Assembly: GCA_964478975.1 (NCBI GenBank)
Contig: CAYZKQ010000002.1
Location: 1-53,043, forward strand
Source: an uncultured Vicinamibacterales bacterium
GTDB lineage: Bacteria; Acidobacteriota; Vicinamibacteria; Vicinamibacterales; JAHECP01
Direction: 5' to 3'
DNA: 53,043 nt
Shown: piece by piece, positions 17,168 to 28,763 of the stretch
Numbering within the stretch: position 1 is the stretch's first letter
Layout of the letters: each line of letters starts with the position of its first letter
The notes under the pieces: generated by a model
Seen by the model: the letters and a program-made list of their open reading frames with translations, nothing else
Told to the model about the DNA's origin: nothing
Database searches by the model: none
Made by a program: the position numbers and the translations under genes

Positions 17168-19372
17168 ATGCGCACACGACTGACGATCCAGACGGCCGCG
17201 CTTCTGCTCGCCTCCGCCGGCGTGGTCCTGGCGCAGGGCGAGCCGCCACTGCCGAGCACCCCGCTGGGGTGGCTCACCATCGGGTTCCGGGTCTCGGACG
17301 TCTCGGGCGATCGCGCTCGGTTCGAGCGGTACCGCGACATCCGCGAGAACGGGTACAACCTCGACTTCGGCGCGACGCAGCGGACCGACGAGCGGGTCCT
17401 GGACTTCGGGGCCCGCAACGTGGGGTATAGCGACCAGCGCTACACGTTCGCGTACAACGACCGCGGCAAGCTGAAGATCAGCTTCCTCTACGACCAGATT
17501 CCGCTCAACTACGGCTACCGCAAGGACGGCTTTGTCGCCACGCCGTACGAGGGGTTCAACCTGGACGACGCCACGCAGAAAGCGGTGGAGGCGGGCCAGG
17601 CGATCGGCTGGCGCGGGAGCCCGACGGTCGCGGCGTCGGCGTACACCAAGCTCTATCGGCCCATCGACTTGACGTCGCGCCGCAGCACGATCGACGCGAG
17701 CGTCGCCTATGCGGCGACGCCCAACGTCGACCTGACGCTGGGGTTCAATAGCTACCGGCGCGACGGGACCCAACCGTGGGGCGCGTCGTTCGGCTTCAGC
17801 CAGGCGCTCGAGCTGCCGCTGCCGCTCGATAACCGGACGACCGCGTTCAACGCCGGTCTCGAGTGGGGCAACGCGCACGGCGCCCTGCGCCTGGGGTTCG
17901 AGACGCAGGAGTTCCTCAACGACTTCGAGGTGCTGGTTTGGGACAGCCCCGGGAAGTTCAACGATTCGACCAACCCGACGGCGTACATTACCGGCAACGG
18001 CACGTCGAAGGGCCGCATGGCGCTCGCGCCGGACAACCGCCAGGGCACGTTCACGGCGACCGGCGTCTACCGGCTCCCGCGGCGCAGCACCCTCAGCGGG
18101 ACGTTCGCCTACAGCCGGCAGACGCAGGACGGGACGATCATCCCGTTCACGATCAACACGGCGATCCCGCCGATTCACATGACGCGGGAGACGGCCGATG
18201 CGCGGGCGGATCTGACGAGCTTCGGCTTGCAGTACAACGCCCGGCCCGTGGACACAGTGTGGGTCACGGCGCGCTACCGCTATGCCGACCGGACCAACAA
18301 GACGCCGGCGTTCGACGGCGAGGAGTACGTCCGGTTCGACCAGGTCCTCGAGGAAGGCGGGGGCGAGACCGAGCAGTTCAGCATCACGCACAACACGTTC
18401 AGCCTCGGCGTCGCGTACACGTTCGTGCCCCGGGCGACGCTGCGGCTCGACTACGGTCATGACGCGGTGGATCGCACCCACCGAGAATTCGAGACGACCA
18501 AGGACAACACGGTCCGGGTCTCGCTCGACTCGGTCGGCTCCGCGTACGTCTCGACGCGGTTTACCTACGAGCACTCGCAGCGCCGTGGCGAGGGGTTCGA
18601 CCCACACCTCCTCGAGGAGGCGGGCGCCCAGCCGGCCTCGCGGCCGTTCGACGTGGCCGAGCGCGGCCGTAACCGCTACGGCGTCATTCTCAGCGTCACG
18701 CCCACGTCCGTCGTCGGGTTCAGCGTGACGGCGCTCGCGGGCAAAGACGAGTACAACGAGGACGCCCAGAAGTTCGGGCTGCTCAACAACGAGAACAAGG
18801 TGTTCAATTTCGGGGTGGACCTCACGCCGACCGACAAGGCGGCCTTCGGCGCGTCGTACGGGTGGGAGCGCTACACGAGCATGATGCGGTCGCGCAACGC
18901 CAACCCGGCGCCCGACCCGTCGTGGACGGATCCGAACCGCGACTGGCAGCTCGACGACGAGGAGACGGTCAACACGTTCTCGATCTACGCGGACCTCGCG
19001 CGGGCGTTGCCGAAGGTCGACCTGCGGTTCGGGTACGACTACAGCAAGTCGGACCTGGGCTTCGTCTACAGCGGCGCGCGGGTCAACGTCCTGTCGGCCA
19101 CGCCGGCCCCGGCGACCGCGGTCGGGGGCTTCACCACGCAGTTCGGTCAGCTCCCGAACGTCCTGAACACCTGGCACCACGGCACGGCGGACGTGCGCGT
19201 GTTCTTCACGGAGAAGGTCGCGCTCAACCTCACCTACTGGTACGACAAGTACGACGTGGAGGACTTCGCGACCCCGCCGCGCGTCGACCCGCAGGGCGGC
19301 CTGTACCTCGGCTACTGGTTCCGGCCGTTCAAGGCGAACACGGCCTTCGTGCGGCTCTACTACCTCTTCTGA
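17168..19372 (+). CDS. mtrB: MtrB/PioB-family outer-membrane beta-barrel porin partner of the decahaem cytochrome
   Basis: It is 734 aa with a signal peptide (ALLLASAGVVLAQG) and alternating beta-strand pattern rich in Y/F/G/N/D. The C-terminus LYYLF is typical of OMPs, and the gene lies immediately downstream of mtrA. Confidence 0.85.
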   Translation: MRTRLTIQTAALLLASAGVVLAQGEPPLPSTPLGWLTIGFRVSDVSGDRARFERYRDIRENGYNLDFGATQRTDERVLDFGARNVGYSDQRYTFAYNDRGKLKISFLYDQIPLNYGYRKDGFVATPYEGFNLDDATQKAVEAGQAIGWRGSPTVAASAYTKLYRPIDLTSRRSTIDASVAYAATPNVDLTLGFNSYRRDGTQPWGASFGFSQALELPLPLDNRTTAFNAGLEWGNAHGALRLGFETQEFLNDFEVLVWDSPGKFNDSTNPTAYITGNGTSKGRMALAPDNRQGTFTATGVYRLPRRSTLSGTFAYSRQTQDGTIIPFTINTAIPPIHMTRETADARADLTSFGLQYNARPVDTVWVTARYRYADRTNKTPAFDGEEYVRFDQVLEEGGGETEQFSITHNTFSLGVAYTFVPRATLRLDYGHDAVDRTHREFETTKDNTVRVSLDSVGSAYVSTRFTYEHSQRRGEGFDPHLLEEAGAQPASRPFDVAERGRNRYGVILSVTPTSVVGFSVTALAGKDEYNEDAQKFGLLNNENKVFNFGVDLTPTDKAAFGASYGWERYTSMMRSRNANPAPDPSWTDPNRDWQLDDEETVNTFSIYADLARALPKVDLRFGYDYSKSDLGFVYSGARVNVLSATPAPATAVGGFTTQFGQLPNVLNTWHHGTADVRVFFTEKVALNLTYWYDKYDVEDFATPPRVDPQGGLYLGYWFRPFKANTAFVRLYYLF

Positions 19373-19410
19373 GGATCGGGTTTCCCCCGCGGCCGTTCCT
19401 CCTCCGCGAG

Positions 19411-19453
19411 AACCGGCCACCTCGGCTGACCGAGGTGGCCGGTTCGTCTTTTT
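19411..19453 (+). terminator. Rho-independent terminator
   Basis: aaccggccacctcgg-ctga-ccgaggtggccggtt forms a perfect 15-bp stem, followed by cgtcttttt. Confidence 0.9.
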
Positions 19454-19548
19454 CCGCGCGCAGGCATACAATATCGGTCGTTTCCCTGAAGCCCGCGCGC
19501 GCCGCCAGGAAGGGGAGGGGCGCCGGCGCGCGCGAGGAGGCGACGCGG

Positions 19549-19917
19549 ATGCACATCGGAACCCTGGCGCGGGTCGCGGCCACCGCCGGCGCGGCCCTCC
19601 TCCTCGTGGCGGCTGCGGGCGCCGGAGCCCGCCAGTCGGGATCGCCGGACGCCGCCCTCGCCGACCGGGGACGGCAGGTCTTCGAGCAGATGAAGTGCCT
19701 GCTGTGCCACTCCCTCGAGGGCAAGGGCGGCAAGCTGGCCACCCCGCTCGACGGCATCGGGGCCAAACGGAACGCGGCGAGCCTCCGCAAGCTGCTCGAG
19801 AACCCGCAGGCCGAGTTTCCCGACAGCAAGGTCAAGATGCCCGTGTTCCCGCTCAAGGAGCCCGACCGCGAGGCGCTCATCGCCTATCTCTTGACCCTCC
19901 GCCAGAAACGTCCGTAG
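19549..19917 (+). CDS. Periplasmic monohaem class-I cytochrome c (MtoD-like position)
   Basis: It has a signal peptide, a single CLLCH and a distal Met (KMPVFP). The SD gaggagg precedes ATG 19549. Confidence 0.85.
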   Translation: MHIGTLARVAATAGAALLLVAAAGAGARQSGSPDAALADRGRQVFEQMKCLLCHSLEGKGGKLATPLDGIGAKRNAASLRKLLENPQAEFPDSKVKMPVFPLKEPDREALIAYLLTLRQKRP

Positions 19918-19941
19918 CGGCCTGGTGAATTTTTCCGCAGT

Positions 19942-19974
19942 CCTGCCGGGTTTCCGCGAGGATTTCCCGGCAGG
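19942..19974. repeat. Inverted repeat / stem-loop (9-bp arms, 15-nt spacer) after the cytochrome c gene
   Basis: The arms are cctgccggg ... cccggcagg. TTTCC(G/C) motifs recur around it, and no U-tract follows. Confidence 0.4.
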
Positions 19975-20039
19975 GCCGTACCGGCCCAGCCGGATCGCCC
20001 GGAAACCCGCCGAAACTCGACCTGGCCGGGCGCGCCGGC

Positions 20040-21857
20040 GTGGTACCGGGTTTGCCGCGCTCCTTTGGCGTGGCCTGCGCCCACGCCGCCTCGCCCACCG
20101 TGCCGGCTTCCCCTCTCCTCAGGCTTCGTCCGCGGCCCTTGCGGGTCGCCCTGGTCGGGCACCCGAATGTCGGGAAGAGCGCGATCTTCGGCCGCCTGAC
20201 GGGGCGGTACGCCACGGTGTCCAACTACCCCGGCACGACGGTCGGGATCACCCGCGGGCGGGCGCTCGTGGGCGCCGAAGTCTGCGACGTGCTGGACACC
20301 CCGGGCATCGGCACGCTAGAAGGGACCCTGACCGAGGACGAGGCGATCACGCGGCGCATCGTGACGAGCGGGGATGCCGATGTGGTCGTCCAGGTGGCCG
20401 ACGCGCGGAACCTGCGGCGCGCCCTGCTGCTCACGTGGCAGATCGCGCGGTTGGGCAAGCCGCTGGTGGTCGCGTTGAACCTGGCGGACGAAGCCCGGGC
20501 CCACGGAATCGAGATCGACGTGGCCGGGCTCGCGCGCGAACTCGGCGTGCCCGTGGTCGAGACGGTGGCGGTCGAAGGGCGCGGGATCGGGGAGCTCAAG
20601 GAGGCGCTCGGGCGTGCGGCGGTGCCGGTGCTGCCGGATGCGGCCCGCGCCGACGGGGCGGCCTGGGCGCACGAGCTGGCGCTGCGTTACCGCCGCCGGG
20701 GGCGCCGCTCGCTCGGGCGGTTTCAGGAGTGGTTGGGCCGGGCCGTCCGTGAGCCCGCGACGGGCCTGCCGGTGCTCGCCCTGGTCCTCTACGCGACCTA
20801 CCTCATCGTCGGGGTCTTCGGCGCGCAGACGCTGGTGGGGCTGCTCGAGGAGCGGCTCTTCGGGCGCTACATCAATCCCTGGGCGGCGGCGCTCGCGGCG
20901 CACCTGCCGTGGCCGATCGTGCGGGATTTTCTCGTGGGCGACTACGGGCTGGTCACGATGGGGCTGACCTATGCGCTCGCGATCGTGCTGCCCGTCGTGA
21001 CCATGTTCTTCCTCGTGTTCGGGTTTCTCGAGGACAGCGGGTACATCCCGCGGCTGGCGATCTTCAGCGATCGCCTGTTCCGGGCGATGGGGCTGAACGG
21101 CAAGGCGGTCCTGCCGATGGTGCTGGGCCTCGGGTGCGACACGATGGCGACCATGACGACCCGGATTCTGGGGACGCCGAAGGAGCGGCTGATCGCGATC
21201 GTGCTGCTGGCGCTCGGGGTGCCCTGCTCGGCGCAGCTCGCGACGATCATGGGGATCCTGGGCGGCATTTCGTTGGCCGCGCTGGTGACGCTGTTCGGGG
21301 TCGTGCTGCTCCAGATGGTCGTGGTCGGGTGGCTCGCGGCGCGGGTGCTGCCGGGCGATCGGTCGGAGTTCATCCTCGAGCTGCCGCCCATGCGGCTGCC
21401 CCGCGTCGAGAACGTGTGGATGAAGACGCGGCTGCGCGTCCGCTGGTATCTGGGCGAGGCGGTGCCGCTCTTCCTCGTCGGTACCGCGCTGCTTTTCGGG
21501 CTCGACCGCCTCGGCCTGCTGGCGGGCATGACGCGGGCGGTCGAGCCGATCGTCAGGGGCTGGCTGGGGCTGCCGGCGCGGATGGCGGAGGTCTTCATCA
21601 TGGGGTTCCTCCGGCGCGACTACGGCGCGGCGGGCCTGTTCGACCTGGCGCACCAGGGCCTGCTCACCGGCGTGCAAGCGGTCGTGGCCCTCACGGTCAT
21701 GACCCTGTTCGTGCCGTGCGTGGCGAATTTCCTCATGATCGTCAAGGAACGGGGGCTGCGGGTGGCGGTCGCGATTCTGGTGTTCGTCACCGCCGTGGCG
21801 ATCCTGACCGGGACGGTGCTCAACCATGCCTTCGGCCTCGCCGGGGTCACGTTCTGA
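20040..21857 (+). CDS. feoB: Ferrous iron transporter FeoB
   Basis: G-domain motifs GHPNVGKS, DTPG and NLAD are followed by a polytopic membrane domain. The 5' end is uncertain: in-frame GTG 20070 or TTG 20139 (M-RVALVGHPNVGKS) are likelier than 20040. Confidence 0.9.
   Translation: MVPGLPRSFGVACAHAASPTVPASPLLRLRPRPLRVALVGHPNVGKSAIFGRLTGRYATVSNYPGTTVGITRGRALVGAEVCDVLDTPGIGTLEGTLTEDEAITRRIVTSGDADVVVQVADARNLRRALLLTWQIARLGKPLVVALNLADEARAHGIEIDVAGLARELGVPVVETVAVEGRGIGELKEALGRAAVPVLPDAARADGAAWAHELALRYRRRGRRSLGRFQEWLGRAVREPATGLPVLALVLYATYLIVGVFGAQTLVGLLEERLFGRYINPWAAALAAHLPWPIVRDFLVGDYGLVTMGLTYALAIVLPVVTMFFLVFGFLEDSGYIPRLAIFSDRLFRAMGLNGKAVLPMVLGLGCDTMATMTTRILGTPKERLIAIVLLALGVPCSAQLATIMGILGGISLAALVTLFGVVLLQMVVVGWLAARVLPGDRSEFILELPPMRLPRVENVWMKTRLRVRWYLGEAVPLFLVGTALLFGLDRLGLLAGMTRAVEPIVRGWLGLPARMAEVFIMGFLRRDYGAAGLFDLAHQGLLTGVQAVVALTVMTLFVPCVANFLMIVKERGLRVAVAILVFVTAVAILTGTVLNHAFGLAGVTF
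20041..20055 (+). promoter_or_regulatory. Candidate sigma54 (-24/-12) promoter upstream of feoB
   Basis: TGGTAC-cgggt-TTGC has one mismatch and correct spacing. If it is real, feoB must start downstream of about 20067. Confidence 0.4.
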
Positions 21858-21861
21858 GCGG

Positions 21862-22155
21862 GTGCGGCCGCTGTCGGCGCTCGCCGTCGGCGCCATCGGG
21901 GTCGTGGCGCGGGTCGTCGGCGATCGCCCGGACCGGGCCGACCGCCTGGCGGCCCTCGGCGTGACGCCGGGGGCGCGCGTGCGGGTGCTGCAGACATTCC
22001 CGGGCGTCGTGTTTCAGTGCGACGAGACCGAGATCGCCGTCGAGCGCGAGGTGGCCGAGGCGGTGCTGGTCGAACCCGCGCCGGTTCCCGAGGAGGTCGA
22101 GGCGGAGGCGGTGCCCGCGCGACCGGAGGCGCCCGCGGCGGCGCGGGAGGGCTGA
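21862..22155 (+). CDS. feoA: FeoA-domain protein (located after feoB) with an acidic/Pro-rich tail
   Basis: VVARVVGDRPDRADRLAALGVTPGARVRVLQTFPGVVFQCDETEIAVEREVAEAV is a FeoA SH3-like domain. GTG 21862 lies 4 nt after the feoB stop. Confidence 0.75.
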   Translation: MRPLSALAVGAIGVVARVVGDRPDRADRLAALGVTPGARVRVLQTFPGVVFQCDETEIAVEREVAEAVLVEPAPVPEEVEAEAVPARPEAPAAAREG

Positions 22156-22228
22156 GGGCGCGGTACGAGGCTTGCGACCCCGGATCGCGGGGATCGTGGA
22201 GCCGCCGGGATTCCGGCAGGAGGCGCTT

Positions 22229-22651
22229 ATGAGGTACGCCGTCGCCGTCGTGGTCGGGGTGGTCCTTGCGGCGTGCAGCACGTTGCAGCCGCTGCCCATC
22301 CGGTCCGGAGAGACCTGCTACGGCTGCCGCCAGGTGATCGGGGACCCGCGGCTCGCTGCCGAGGTCATCGACGCGAGCGGCCACGCCTTCAAGTTCGACA
22401 CGGTCGAGTGCCTGGTTCGGTACCTGAACGCGCATCCCGACGAGAAGGTCAGCGGGGTGTTCGTGGCCGACTACCGCACGGGCCGGCTCGTCAGCGCGAC
22501 CTCGGCGCAGTATGTGAAGGGCAACGTCGACCCGCGGTCGCTGAAGAAGGGCTACGCGGCGTTCTCGTCCTCGGCCGAGGCGCAGGCCTTCGCGAAGGAG
22601 CAAGACACGCAGGTTCTCGGCTGGCAGGCCGTGCTCGATGCGTTCAAGTGA
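22229..22651 (+). CDS. NosL-family lipoprotein paralogue (CxxC retained, canonical Met absent)
   Basis: It has a lipobox (VVLAAC-S). CYGCRQVIGDPRLAAEVIDASGHAFKFDTVECLVRYL aligns with the NosL at 29597..30121 (CAQCRMMVSDVHFAAQIVAPGEEPIFFDDLGCLRAYL). Confidence 0.75.
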   Translation: MRYAVAVVVGVVLAACSTLQPLPIRSGETCYGCRQVIGDPRLAAEVIDASGHAFKFDTVECLVRYLNAHPDEKVSGVFVADYRTGRLVSATSAQYVKGNVDPRSLKKGYAAFSSSAEAQAFAKEQDTQVLGWQAVLDAFK

Positions 22652-23789
22652 CCCCCGGCTCCGGCTCGTCTTCTGGGAGACGACCAAGGGCTGCAATTTG
22701 CAGTGCCGGCACTGCCGCGCCGTGCCCGAAGCGGAGCGCTCGGCGGTCGAGCTCACGACGGCCGAGGGGTTCGCCCTCATCGACGCCATCGCCGCGGTGG
22801 CCAGGCCGGTGCTGGTGTTCTCCGGGGGCGAGCCGCTCTTCCGGCCGGATATCTTCGAGTTGGGGGCGCACGCGCGGGCCCGCGGATTCCGCATCGCCCT
22901 CGCCACGAACGGGACGCTCGTGACGCGCGACGTCGCGGCGCGCATTCGGGACACCGGGTTCTCGCGCGTCTCGATCAGCCTCGACGGGGCGCGGCCCGAG
23001 ACCCACGACGGGTTCCGCGGCCTGCCCGGGTCGTTCGCGCGCGCTTTGCGCGCCGCCGGCGAGCTGCGCGCCCTCGGCGTGTCGGTGCAGATCAACTCGA
23101 CTGTGGCGCGCCACAACGTCGCGGAGCTGCCCGAGTTGCTCGACCTCGCGGTCGGGCTCGGCGCCGACGCGCTGCACATCTTTATGCTGGTCCCGGTCGG
23201 GTGCGGCGTCCAGATCGCGGATCGCGAGATGCTGCCGGCCGACGAGTACGAGCGGGTCCTCCACTGGTTCTACGAGCGCTCGAAGACCTCGACGCTCGAC
23301 CTGAAAGCGACCTGCGCGCCGCATTACTTCCGCGTCCGCGCGCAGCGCATCGTCGAGGAGCGGCGCCGCGGCGATTACAGCACGAGCTTCGTCGCGCCGG
23401 GAACGCAGCGGCACGCGGCGCCGGACCCGGCGGGCGGCCCGCCGCTGTCGGCCATGACGCGCGGCTGCCTGGCCGGGACGGCGGTCTGTTTCATCTCGAA
23501 CGCGGGCGACGTCTATCCGTGCGGGTATCTGCCCGTCTCGGCGGGCAACGTGCGGCGCCAGCCGTTCGGCGAGATCTGGCAGAAGGCCCCGGTCTTCCAG
23601 GCCCTGCGCGACCTCGACGCGCTGGGCGGCAAGTGCGGCGTGTGCCGCTACAAAGCGATCTGCGCCGGGTGCCGCGCGCGCGCCTACTCGGCGACCGGCG
23701 ACTATCTGGCCGGCGAGCCGTTCTGCCTCTACGAGCCGGCCCTCGACCGCGCCCCCGCGGAAGCCTCCGTGCCGGCCGGCCGGGCGTGA
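22638..23789 (+). CDS. Radical SAM/SPASM protein, NirJ/AhbD-like (haem/cofactor maturation family)
   Basis: The CNLQCRHC radical-SAM cluster, GGEPLFRPD, MLVPVGCG and a C-terminal Cys-rich SPASM region (CGVCRYKAICAGCRARAY) are present. It overlaps the upstream gene by 14 nt. Confidence 0.8.
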   Translation: MRSSDPRLRLVFWETTKGCNLQCRHCRAVPEAERSAVELTTAEGFALIDAIAAVARPVLVFSGGEPLFRPDIFELGAHARARGFRIALATNGTLVTRDVAARIRDTGFSRVSISLDGARPETHDGFRGLPGSFARALRAAGELRALGVSVQINSTVARHNVAELPELLDLAVGLGADALHIFMLVPVGCGVQIADREMLPADEYERVLHWFYERSKTSTLDLKATCAPHYFRVRAQRIVEERRRGDYSTSFVAPGTQRHAAPDPAGGPPLSAMTRGCLAGTAVCFISNAGDVYPCGYLPVSAGNVRRQPFGEIWQKAPVFQALRDLDALGGKCGVCRYKAICAGCRARAYSATGDYLAGEPFCLYEPALDRAPAEASVPAGRA

Positions 23790-23879
23790 GAGGCGGCGGG
23801 AGCGGCCGCCCGAGAGGCCCGCGTTCCGTACCAGCACGCCACCGACGATGCGCGCGGAGCCGGGTTCGAGCGGCTCGCC

Positions 23880-24155
23880 TTACGGGCGGACGGTCGGCGG
23901 CGGGCGGTCGGCGGACGCGGTCCGGTCGCGGTCGCGCCGCAGCCTGACGTCGAATCGCCACACGTAACCGAGCAGTCCTGCGTTCGCCGCGCACAGCACG
24001 CCCGACGCGATCGCCGCCGGCCAGAGCGCCTCGGGTTCGCGGGCGAGCGCCGCCTCGAGGGCCGCCGCGAGCAGCCAGAGCTGGACGACCACCAGCGTGC
24101 CGATGAGGATCACGATGGCGGCGAACAGCGCCGTGCCTTGCTGCCGGGGCTCCAT
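23880..24155 (-). CDS. 91-aa two-TM membrane microprotein, last gene of the Mo-enzyme operon
   Basis: There are two hydrophobic helices, and the SD gggagg lies 21 nt after the Rieske stop. No family was recognised. Confidence 0.6.
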   Translation of the reverse strand: MEPRQQGTALFAAIVILIGTLVVVQLWLLAAALEAALAREPEALWPAAIASGVLCAANAGLLGYVWRFDVRLRRDRDRTASADRPPPTVRP

Positions 24156-24176
24156 CTCGATCGCCTCCCGCGGTGG

Positions 24177-24659
24177 TCAGTCCGTCCAGTCCACCCCGAC
24201 CGCGTAGATCTGGTCGCCGCGCGGTTCGATGCGGATGCGCGGCAGTCGCCGCACCGGGGGTCCCTGCAACGGCCGCCCGTCGGTGCAGGCGAACACCCCC
24301 CGGTGGCAGGGACACCACAGCGTGTCGTCATCCGGCCGGTGCACGACGGCGCACGCCAGGTGCGTACAGACCTGCGAGTACGCACGCAGCGCGCCGTCCC
24401 GACACCGCACCAGAATGCACGGGTCGTCGTCGGTCGGGTAGCGGAAGAGGACCGAGGCGCCGGGCGCGAGGGCGGAGGCGCGCGCGATCGGGACCGCCGG
24501 GCCGGCCGCCGCCGCGATCCGGCGCCCGAAGAGCGCGAGGAGGAAGTTGGCACCGGCGAGCAGTGCGGAGCCGAGGGTCAGGAACTTCGCGAGCTCGCGC
24601 CGCGTGAGGTAGTGGTCCTCGTCCCAGCGCACGGGAAACGCGTCGCGCCACCCCATCAT
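24177..24659 (-). CDS. Membrane-anchored Rieske [2Fe-2S] protein
   Basis: CTHLAC...CPCHRG gives both Rieske boxes including the disulfide Cys pair. The N-terminus has [26 protein letters not shown] (an RR motif plus a TM). Its ATG overlaps the upstream stop (ATGA). Confidence 0.9.
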   Translation of the reverse strand: MMGWRDAFPVRWDEDHYLTRRELAKFLTLGSALLAGANFLLALFGRRIAAAAGPAVPIARASALAPGASVLFRYPTDDDPCILVRCRDGALRAYSQVCTHLACAVVHRPDDDTLWCPCHRGVFACTDGRPLQGPPVRRLPRIRIEPRGDQIYAVGVDWTD

Positions 24660-25284
24660 CCGCCTCCCAGCACCACCGCGACATCGTCGCGCACCGGCGG
24701 CTCGCGGTGCAACAGGACCGGCGAGCCGTCGCGGCGCACCAGGTCGACGCGAACCGCAGCCACGGCGGGCGGGGTCAGGACGTAGACCTTGGTCCGCACG
24801 GTTTCGCCCGCCAGGTGCCACTCGTTGGCCGCCCGCCCGGCCCGCGTCCGCGCGATCTCGTCCAGCGTGGCGAACGCGAGGGCCTGCGAGGGGCAGACGG
24901 CCGCGCACATCGGCTTCTTCCCCGCGCTCGTCCGGTCGTAGCACATGTCGCACTTCATCATCTGGTCGAACTCGACCAGATACTTCGGGACGCCGAAGGG
25001 GCACGCGAGCACGCAGTTCGAGCACCCGATGCACCGCGGCTTGAGCGAGCTCTGGACGACGCCGTCGGGTGTGACCTTGATGGCGTCGGCCGGGCAGACC
25101 TGCGCGCAGATCGGGTCCTCGCAGTGCATGCACACCTGCGGCGCCGTCTGGACGGTGTCGCCGCGGTGGATCGTCTCCAGGTGGATCATCGAGTACCCGC
25201 GGTGGGTATCGCACTCCTCGCAGGCCTGCACGCAGGCGCGGCACCCGATGCACCGCGCGTAGTCGATGAAGAAAGCGCGCTCGC

Positions 25285-25288
<4 letters not shown>
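24656..25288 (-). CDS. Four-cluster [4Fe-4S] ferredoxin subunit (DmsB/NrfC/PsrB-type)
   Basis: [37 protein letters not shown] and CDMC...CAAVCP are present. The GTG start overlaps the Mo-subunit stop (GTGA). Confidence 0.9.
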
Positions 25289-27499
<2,211 letters not shown>

Positions 27500-27507
<8 letters not shown>

Positions 27508-28615
27508 CGGCGCCACGCTCTTCCCCGGCGGCCCGGCGGACGGCCGCCGCCTCGGCCCGCGCGGCGCGCCACAGCAGGTCTTGCGCGATCGCCACGACAC
27601 GGCGCCGGCAGGCCGGGCAGACGTCCTGATAGTGCCCGCCGTCGGCGAGGGCGTATCGGATGCCGAGGGCCTCCTCGACGAGCTTGAGGTCCTCGATCTG
27701 CAACCGCGAGGCGAACGGCTCGCCGCACCGCCGGCAGCGCGCGCGCGCGCCCGCCTCGGCCGCCCGCTTGTAGAACGCCACGCCGAGTTGCGCCGGCCGC
27801 TGGAAGATGTGGAAGAACTTGCCGAACGGAAGATAGAGCAGGGTGAAGATGACCGCGACGGCGTGGAGCTGGGAGAGAAAGCCGTACTGGAGCCCGCCCA
27901 GAAAGTGCGTCGACGCGCTGAGGAACAGTCCCGTGACCGACACGCCGAAGAGCAGCGCGAGGGGCAGCAGGTCGTTCGAGAATTGCTGCACCGCCAGGGC
28001 GCCGCGGTCGCGCCCCCGGCGCCAGAGCGCGAGGAGCACGCCGACGACCACGAGCACCGCCGACACGACGAGGATGTTGAAGACCACCGGCGCGAGCGGA
28101 CCGTCGAGGCGGAAGCGGAAGAGGCGGAGGCCGAGCACGAAGACGTCGTAGTGCGTCTGGACGTCGCGCGGGGTCTCGAACCGCACCCAGCCGAACGACA
28201 GCGGGAAGGTCACGGCGGCGGCGAGCAGGCAACCCCACGCGATCGTCCAGTGGGCGAGCCAGCGGAGGCGGGAGCGCCGCTCGATGAACCGCTGCACGAC
28301 GAAACTGTCCCAGAAGAGGCGGGCGAGGAGCCCGAGGTGCGTCCGGCGCGTCCCGCGGGCCCAAAACAACTGCCACCCGCGCCGCCAGTAGAGGCGCGTC
28401 GGCGGCCGCCGGAGCCACATCGCGTAGCGATAGGCGAGGCTGAACGCGGCGAAGACGGACGCGCCGGCATAGGAGACGAGCGCCGGGTCGAAGTCGCGCA
28501 GGCCGCGGCTGCCGGCGTAGATGCCGGCTATCACGAGGCCCGCGACCCCGAGCCCCCACGCCGTCGCGTGCACGACGTCCGACCCGCAGGCGAGCGCAGG
28601 GTTGCGAGACGGCAT
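27500..28615 (-). CDS. Polytopic membrane protein with NarI/DsrM/HdrE-like core and a cytoplasmic CxxC...CxxC tail
   Basis: It has about 7 TM helices with conserved His residues, [14 protein letters not shown] (a NarI-gamma-like signature), and the tail CRRCGEPF...CPACRRR. Confidence 0.8.
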
Positions 28616-28663
28616 ACGGGCTCAGGGGCGCCGGACCGGCGGCACTGGCGCGGAATCCGCTTG

Positions 28664-28669
28664 AGTATA
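28664..28669 (-). promoter_or_regulatory. Weak candidate -10 box (TATACT on the reverse strand) for the Mo-enzyme operon
   Basis: The reverse strand reads tggatc-N18-TATACT, about 48 nt upstream of ATG 28615. Confidence 0.2.
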
Positions 28670-28763
28670 CGGCGCCCCCGCGACCGGGATCCAGCGTGCC
28701 GCCGAAGAGCGCGCCTCGCGGCCGGCGCCCGCCGCCGACCGGCGCGTGGCGCCCCGCGGCCCC

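Noticed and set aside
16025-19471. 1148-aa reverse-strand ORF
   Set aside because: It is antisense to the decahaem cytochrome and MtrB-like porin genes, has an R/G/P/V-rich composition and shows no motifs.
28616-28763. Moco (molybdenum cofactor) riboswitch in the leader of the Mo-enzyme operon
   Set aside because: I could not find the conserved Moco-motif core sequences when reading the reverse-strand leader, only generic GC-rich pairing.
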